From Eledone cirrhosa (taxonomy: Eukaryota): a DNA stretch of 64,000 nucleotides. How positions within the stretch are numbered: the first letter of the stretch is position 1; each line of letters starts with the position of its first letter. The DNA lies in NCBI GenBank assembly GCA_964016885.1, contig OZ024752.1:25482001-25546000 (forward strand), written 5' to 3'. Positions 58,020 through 64,000 of the stretch are shown here, one piece after another. The notes under the pieces were generated by a model, which was given only the letters and a program-made list of their open reading frames with translations, was not told where the DNA came from and searched no databases. The position numbers and the translations under genes are program-made.

Positions 58020-59272
58020 ATGGTTTCTGATTTAGGCACAAAGCCAACAATTTTGGTGGGAGGGGGGAAAGTCGATTAAATCGACCCCCAGGGTATTACT
58101 GGTACTTTATTTATCGACCATGTAAGGATGAAAGGCAAAGCTAACCTCGGCAGGATTTCAGAACGTAAAGGGCCGAAACACTATGCCGTAAAGCATGTCT
58201 GACATTCTACTGATACTACCAATCCACCACCCTCAATAATAATTGTTTCTACTTTTGGCACAAGGCCAGCAATTACCCCAGTGCATTACTGGTACTTTAT
58301 TTTATCGATCCCGTAAAGATGAAAGGCAAAGTTAACCGTGACAGGATTTGAACTCAGAACATAAAGGGACATAACTCTATGCTGCAAAGCATGGTGTCTG
58401 ACGCTCTACCGATACTGCTGAAAGCCAGCAATTTGGGTAAAGAGAGGGGAAAATCGATTAAATCAACCCTAGAATGTGACTGGTATTTTATTTTATCAAG
58501 TGCAGAAAGATGAAAGGCAAAGTTGACCTCTGTGTCTCTTGAACTCAGAACATAAAGGGCTGAAACTAAATGTTTCACAACATTGTGTCTGATGCTCTAC
58601 TGATTCTGCCAATCTACAAACTGTATAATACTAACTTGTTACATCGGCACAAGACAAGATATTTGTGGGGAGGTGTATAGTTGATTAAACCAATGCCAGC
58701 ACTTAATAAATATGTTTTATTTTCTAGAAGTTGGAAGGATAAAAGACAAAGTTCACTGTAGGGTAGAGCATATGAACTTAGAACATAACAGGGATGCAAC
58801 TAAATAAATAAATTGATTAATTAATTACTGCACGGCATTTTGACTGACGCTCTTCTAATTCTACCATTGACCACCTTCAATAGTAATAAATGATCAAGAT
58901 GATGTTGATGCTGATGATGATATGGGAACGACAATTATGAATGTTTAGAGTAGAAAGTGGAGAATGAGACGGACAAAATAATATTTCAGATAATTAAGAA
59001 AGAGAAACACAGCAAAAGGGGGGGGGGGAGGAGAAAAATTATTAATAATAATATTAATAATCATTTCTTACATAGGGGGCACAAGGCCAGAAATTTGTGA
59101 GGAAGGGAACAGTCGATTATATCGACCCCAATACATTATTTTATTGAACCCAGAGGAAGGAAAGGCAAAAATGAACTTGGCAGGTTTTGAACTCAGAATG
59201 TAAAGGGTTGTAACTAAATGCCACAATGCATTTTTTCCAACACTCTAACGAATCTACCAAGCTATTGCCCCC
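58020..59272 (-). mobile_element. Cluster of ~5 co-oriented old SINE copies (Meta-domain-like)
   Basis: Repeated gtcgatta.atcgacccc..atcgacc..gatgaaaggcaaag..acct..ttgaactcagaac; domain name recalled, not verified. Confidence 0.7.
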
Positions 59273-59398
59273 ATAATAGTAGTAATAATAATAATTATGT
59301 TAATGTTAATATCAATAAATAATAATAATAGTAATAATATTCTTAATAACAATAAATAATGAAGGTTAAATAAAAAAATTAACAAAAATATGTTGTGC

Positions 59399-59542
59399 TT
59401 AAAATTTGTCAAGATTTTCATAATCTTGAGTTGGGGGAGTTTCTGGCACATTCTTATTGGAAGCTGGTGGATCAGTTACTGGTTCGCCACTAGATTTTAC
59501 TGAATGAAGTCTCTCCTCTTCAGTAGTACTAGCTTTCCCTTC
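59399..59542 (-). CDS. FAM177A1: Probable terminal coding exon of the FAM177A1 homologue
   Basis: Strong polypyrimidine+CAG acceptor ending at 59543; phase 0 matches the upstream exon; EGKASTTEEERL..DYENLDKF*. Confidence 0.7.
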   Translation of the reverse strand, partial: EGKASTTEEERLHSVKSSGEPVTDPPASNKNVPETPPTQDYENLDKF

Positions 59543-60022
59543 CTGCAGAAAAGAAAAAAAGGAAAGAAAAAACCCTCCAGAAACATCAATATTTTATTCA
59601 TTTATTTATCAGATACAAATTTGTGACATTCACACAATATCCCTCAAACCTATCTACTCTCGGGTCTCAAATAATCGTTTCCCCCCACCCCGCTTATTAA
59701 TTTTTCAGATCCACGTTTATCAAATTTTGCTCATCTATCTCCAGCAAAATTTTATTTTAAGTGATAGCATTCCTGTGACAATTTTCTTTAGACATTAAAA
59801 AACATTATGACAAAAAAAAAGTACATTACTAGAAATCCCATAAGTTATAAAATAAATAAGATGGGTTAGGGTCTCAATATGTAAACTAAACGACTACCTA
59901 GAAAAGTTATCCCAGCCCTCTTAGGAGCCAAGAGTACTTATTTCTGAAACAAAAGCTCATGAGATTTCCACTTTTCTTACTTTTATTACTTCAATAAAAG
60001 GAAGGTGGCAAACTGACAGAGT

Positions 60023-62940
60023 TGTAGCGACCTACATTCCAAGGGCTCATGGATACATTCTCTGTACGTTGTTTGGGTCGGTTCAGCCAATCGCTACCAG
60101 CGTAGGGAGATGTATCTTAACTTCTTCCCAGAGGGAAAAATTCTCTCTTATTTTAGAAAAACTCACTCTTGCAGCTCGACACCGTGAAGGTAAACATCTT
60201 TTGATTTCGCTCATCAAATATTCCAAAATGTAGCTATCGGACTTACCGCAGCCTTGGCTTCTTATTTCAGCCACAGAACCGTGTCTAAATTTACAGCATC
60301 TTAATTTGTCTATTCATTTCTCATGGCATGCCAGCTAAACCTTTGTAATTGGTTTGTAAATAAATTATATATACAAAAACATTATAACGTTGTATGTTGC
60401 TATTTACCACAACATTACTTTTAACTGCTTCAATGGTGACTACTGTGATATACAATACACAAACATTAACTTCCTCAACACATATACATATATATCATCC
60501 ATCCATTAACATTTTCGAACTGAATGTTCCTCTAAAAAAAATAAGAAGTAGTATTTTTAAAAAGAGAACACGCAAGCTTTCTTGTATTGTATTGTATCAA
60601 CACCATGTAAAAACTTTCTTGTTGATAACAGCACAACACATGGTTTAACTTCAATGAACCCGCCTAAGACAACAATTCTTTAAAAAAAAAATTAGCTGTA
60701 TTTTTAAAAATTATAGGATGAAAAATTTTTCTTTCTACATGGCTACCATTAACATCAACAAAATCAGCAGCAGCAGCAGACTGGTTAACCACTAGCCATA
60801 AACAGGGTAAAACGATGTGGCACCTTTATAGTCTTACCGACGCAACCCACCACAGCTTCTCATATTGTTTACTTCTATGCTTCGCCTATTCTATCGTCTG
60901 TCATATTATAACCGCTACAACTGTTCACTGTCTGCTACAACCGTGACTCGAGAATCAAAACAACAACCTTCTCGCTACAAACGGTGATCCGAGTTAAAAC
61001 AACAACAGCCTTCTCACCACATAATGGTGAATTCGACACTTGCAAATCTTCACAAACCTTCACGATTCATCGACGTTTCTAACGTTCGACTTCACAGCCG
61101 TCTCACCACACTATAGCGCCAGACGTGATGTCCATATTGGTGACTCCAGGCTGGGCATAAATCTCTTTTCAATGCTCGACTTCGATTCTACTGAAGATTT
61201 ACTGTGACTTCACTTCGATAGCAACAACAACAACTCCTCTACTAGCTTCCTAGTAAGAACGATAACATTCTTATCCCAAAGAAATTTCAAAGAAAAGAAA
61301 AATTGAATTTTTTTTAAAAGACAATTATTTATTCTTTTTTACAGGCAATGTTTGAACATTTATTTCTTTTAAACTGTATATGAACATTCATTTTTTTCTA
61401 TCATTGTATATATGACTGCACGCACACATTTTCTTTGCTATATTACATGCCTGCATATGCACACACATTTCTTTGTCACACACCAACATGTTTTTGTCTA
61501 TAGTACATGTTCTTCAAACATCGTAATATTCTGCGAGATCCCTTTTCATTTGGTCGAGGTACCAAAACATGCTATCGACACATGCAGCTTAATTCACCTG
61601 GACTCAAACAGGCACCACACCACGAGAACTGCTAATCGCAGCTGGATTCAAATAGCTTCGCATCTCGTTACACACTCATCGTCCTATAGCATAAAAACCT
61701 CAATCTTGTTACTTTACCTGATTCACTGGGAAAGCATTCATGGAACTGGCCCTGTCACCAGTTCCCACTGATTACAGCTCCAACTACTACACACCTACAG
61801 TTTCAACTTGCTTTCTTTTCAAAGCAACTATAGCCATTTTTTCTGGCTGCCTAGCACTTTCTGCAATTCATCTGGGGGGCCAACAATTTCTCGCCTACCC
61901 ATTATCTCCTGCCATAACAACTATACAGCTCTGGTAAAACATGAACAACATCATCATTGACAACAGCTACTGGTAAACTACCATAGTAGCTTCATCCACA
62001 CAGCTCTGGTACAACACTTGCCATAACATCTACACAGCTCTGGTACAACATTTACCATAACAGCTAACATTTAATGAAAGAACAGCAACTTTGCCCATGT
62101 CAGACATTATCTGTTTTCTGTTAGACCCCAGGTGGTCATGCATAAATAGCAAAACAGCTAGTCATTTGACACAGCGGCTCAACAAGGCCCTTAGCGCCTC
62201 ATTTTTCTTCTTGCATGCATTCTTGTGTTCAATTTTTTCACTGATGTGCTCTCTTTCAGCATTTTCTTACTGGATCATTGCTAATTCCATCTTATGTATC
62301 ATCTTCCAGACTAAATAGGGGGTATTGTAGCGACCTACATTCCGAGGGCTCATGGATACATTCTCCGTACGTTGTTTGGCTCGGTTCAGCCAATCGCTAC
62401 CAGCGTAGGGAGATGTATCTCAACGTCTGCCCAGTGGGAAAAATTCCATCTAATAACCATCTTCTAAAATAACTATTTCTAAAGAGTTGTTAGGGTGTCA
62501 AATTAAATACCTCGGTATTTAATCTGACACACGAATAGCGGAACTGTCTATGAGGGAGATCTGGCCAATTGGCTGCACTGTACCTTGTTCATAGCGGGAC
62601 AGTGCTTTGGGAGCTGGGTGGTCTTGTTATGAGGGAGGTCTGGCCAGTTGGCCGCACTGTACCTTGCTCATAGCGGGACAGTGTTTTGGCTGGGTTTTTA
62701 CGGTTCCTGGATTCCCTTGCTAACACAACCATGTTTACAATGTAGGGATAAATAAAGTATCATTCCATTACTGAAGTTGGTTCTTTCTCTATCTCTTTAT
62801 ATAACTCGCTCGCACTCTCTTTCGCTTTCTTTCTCTGGAAGAAATCAACTGTGTTCTGACCAGGAGAAGGATAAGCTCTGCCAGGTTTAAAATGCTCAAG
62901 ACACGTCATATGTCAGCATGGCATCCCTACTACTACATCA
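60023..62940 (+). mobile_element. Non-autonomous LTR retroelement in the FAM177A1 intron
   Basis: TG..CA ends, 5-bp TSD AGAGT (60018-60022 / 62941-62945), purine tract aataggggg just before the 3' LTR start at 62326; ~60023-60143 matches 62326-62446. Confidence 0.75.
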
Positions 62941-63012
62941 AGAGTTAAGGCCTAAAAAAATATATTTGAAAAAACAAAAGTGGCTGGAGCTGTGGTTGGG
63001 AAAGGTACTTAC

Positions 63013-63104
63013 TTGTTCTTTGTAGTACTCATCAATTGCATATTGGTATTTAGGGCTAGTGATGCCGAAAAACCAAGCAAGTTTCTCGCCACACATATCA
63101 GCAG
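63013..63104 (-). CDS. FAM177A1: Internal coding exon of a FAM177A1 homologue
   Basis: tttgttttcag acceptor, GTAAGT donor; ADMCGEKLAWFFGITSPKYQYAIDEYYKEQ matches the FAM177 motif D..GEK.A..GI..PKYQYAIDEYY. Confidence 0.9.
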
Positions 63105-63539
63105 CTGAAAACAAAAATAAACAGTTATTGGCTTCAACATTATTATTATTATCATCATCATCGACATTATTATTATACTGGTGCTTTGAAAAAATACATC
63201 CAGTACACTCTGTAAAGTGTTAGTACTGGTAATATGATAAAAGCATTGGGTACATTCTGTAAAGTAGTTGGCATTAGAAAGAGCATTGTGTCACAGAAAC
63301 CATGTCAAAATATGTAATGTATGACATATGAGAAAAACATGGTTCACTGACAGGTTTAGGTTTCGATAATGACAACCTGTCCAAACGTTGCCCACATGGA
63401 AAGAGGATGTAAAATGATGATGATGTTAATGACAATTATCCACATTTTATTCATCATCATTAACATGAACAACATATGCTCATCAGCCTTATTGCCATCA
63501 TCATCTAAATAAATAACTTCATGACAATAATTATTGGCA

Positions 63540-63931
63540 AAAACGCAGCCCATTCTGTAAAGTGGTAGTGCTGGTGCCATGATAAAATGTACCCAGCCCA
63601 CTCTATAAAGTGGTAGTGCTAGTGCCATGATAAAATGTACCCAGCCCACTCTATAAAGTGGTAGTGTTGGTGCCATGATGAAATGTACCCAGCCCACTCT
63701 ATAAAGTGGTAGTGCTGGTGCCATGATGAAATGTACGCAGCCCACTCTATAAAGTGGTAGTGCTGGTGCCTTGATGAAATGTACCCAGAGTGGGCTGGGT
63801 ACATTTCATCAAGGCACCAGCACTACCTCTTTATAGAGTGGGCTGGGTACATTTCATGTTGGTGCCACAATAAAATGTACTTAGTTGACACTATAAAGTG
63901 GTAGTGCTGGTACCATGATGAAATGTACCCA
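63540..63931. repeat. 48-bp minisatellite with an internal inversion (~63788-63858), derived from an RTE-associated repeat segment
   Basis: Unit gtacccagcccactctataaagtggtagtgctggtgccatgatgaaat resembles gcacccagcccacactgtaaagtgg in RTE 3' UTRs. Confidence 0.8.
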
Positions 63932-64000
63932 ATGATGTCATTGTGTTACATTCCTTCAAGACAAAAGACATTTCACTCATCCTGGCTCACTCCAGCAAGC

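Noticed and set aside
62150-62300. Possible extra FAM177A1 exon or gag remnant
   Set aside because: No convincing splice sites or motifs; lies inside the LTR element; the flanking exons already join in phase

Overview
Eukaryotic, non-bacterial DNA, most likely from an octopus or other cephalopod (inferred from the RTE/SINE tail motifs). Positions ~1-56 kb are a (TA)n microsatellite matrix, including one tract of ~8.5 kb. Almost every non-TA island in it is a retroelement: RTE LINEs (APE+RT with an inserted PHD-like finger), two CR1-group RT families, Penelope-like element (PLE) fragments with GIY-YIG endonuclease, R4/Dong fragments and tRNA-derived SINEs. The main unexplained signal is RNA structure. 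I read type I hammerhead ribozyme (HHR) folds in about 13 apparently distinct non-coding island families (>20 motifs, some degenerate or partial). They include two tandem retrozyme-like arrays (442/443-bp and 310-bp monomers, one HHR per monomer) and many foldback elements carrying mirror-image HHRs. Core variants recur across families (U3-A8 covariation, U.U or C.A at 10.1/11.1, palindromic helix III). The right end holds the last two coding exons of a FAM177A1 homologue (minus strand), with a non-coding LTR element (5-bp TSD) in the intron. The long YIYI ORFs are microsatellite artefacts. All folds and alignments were done by eye.
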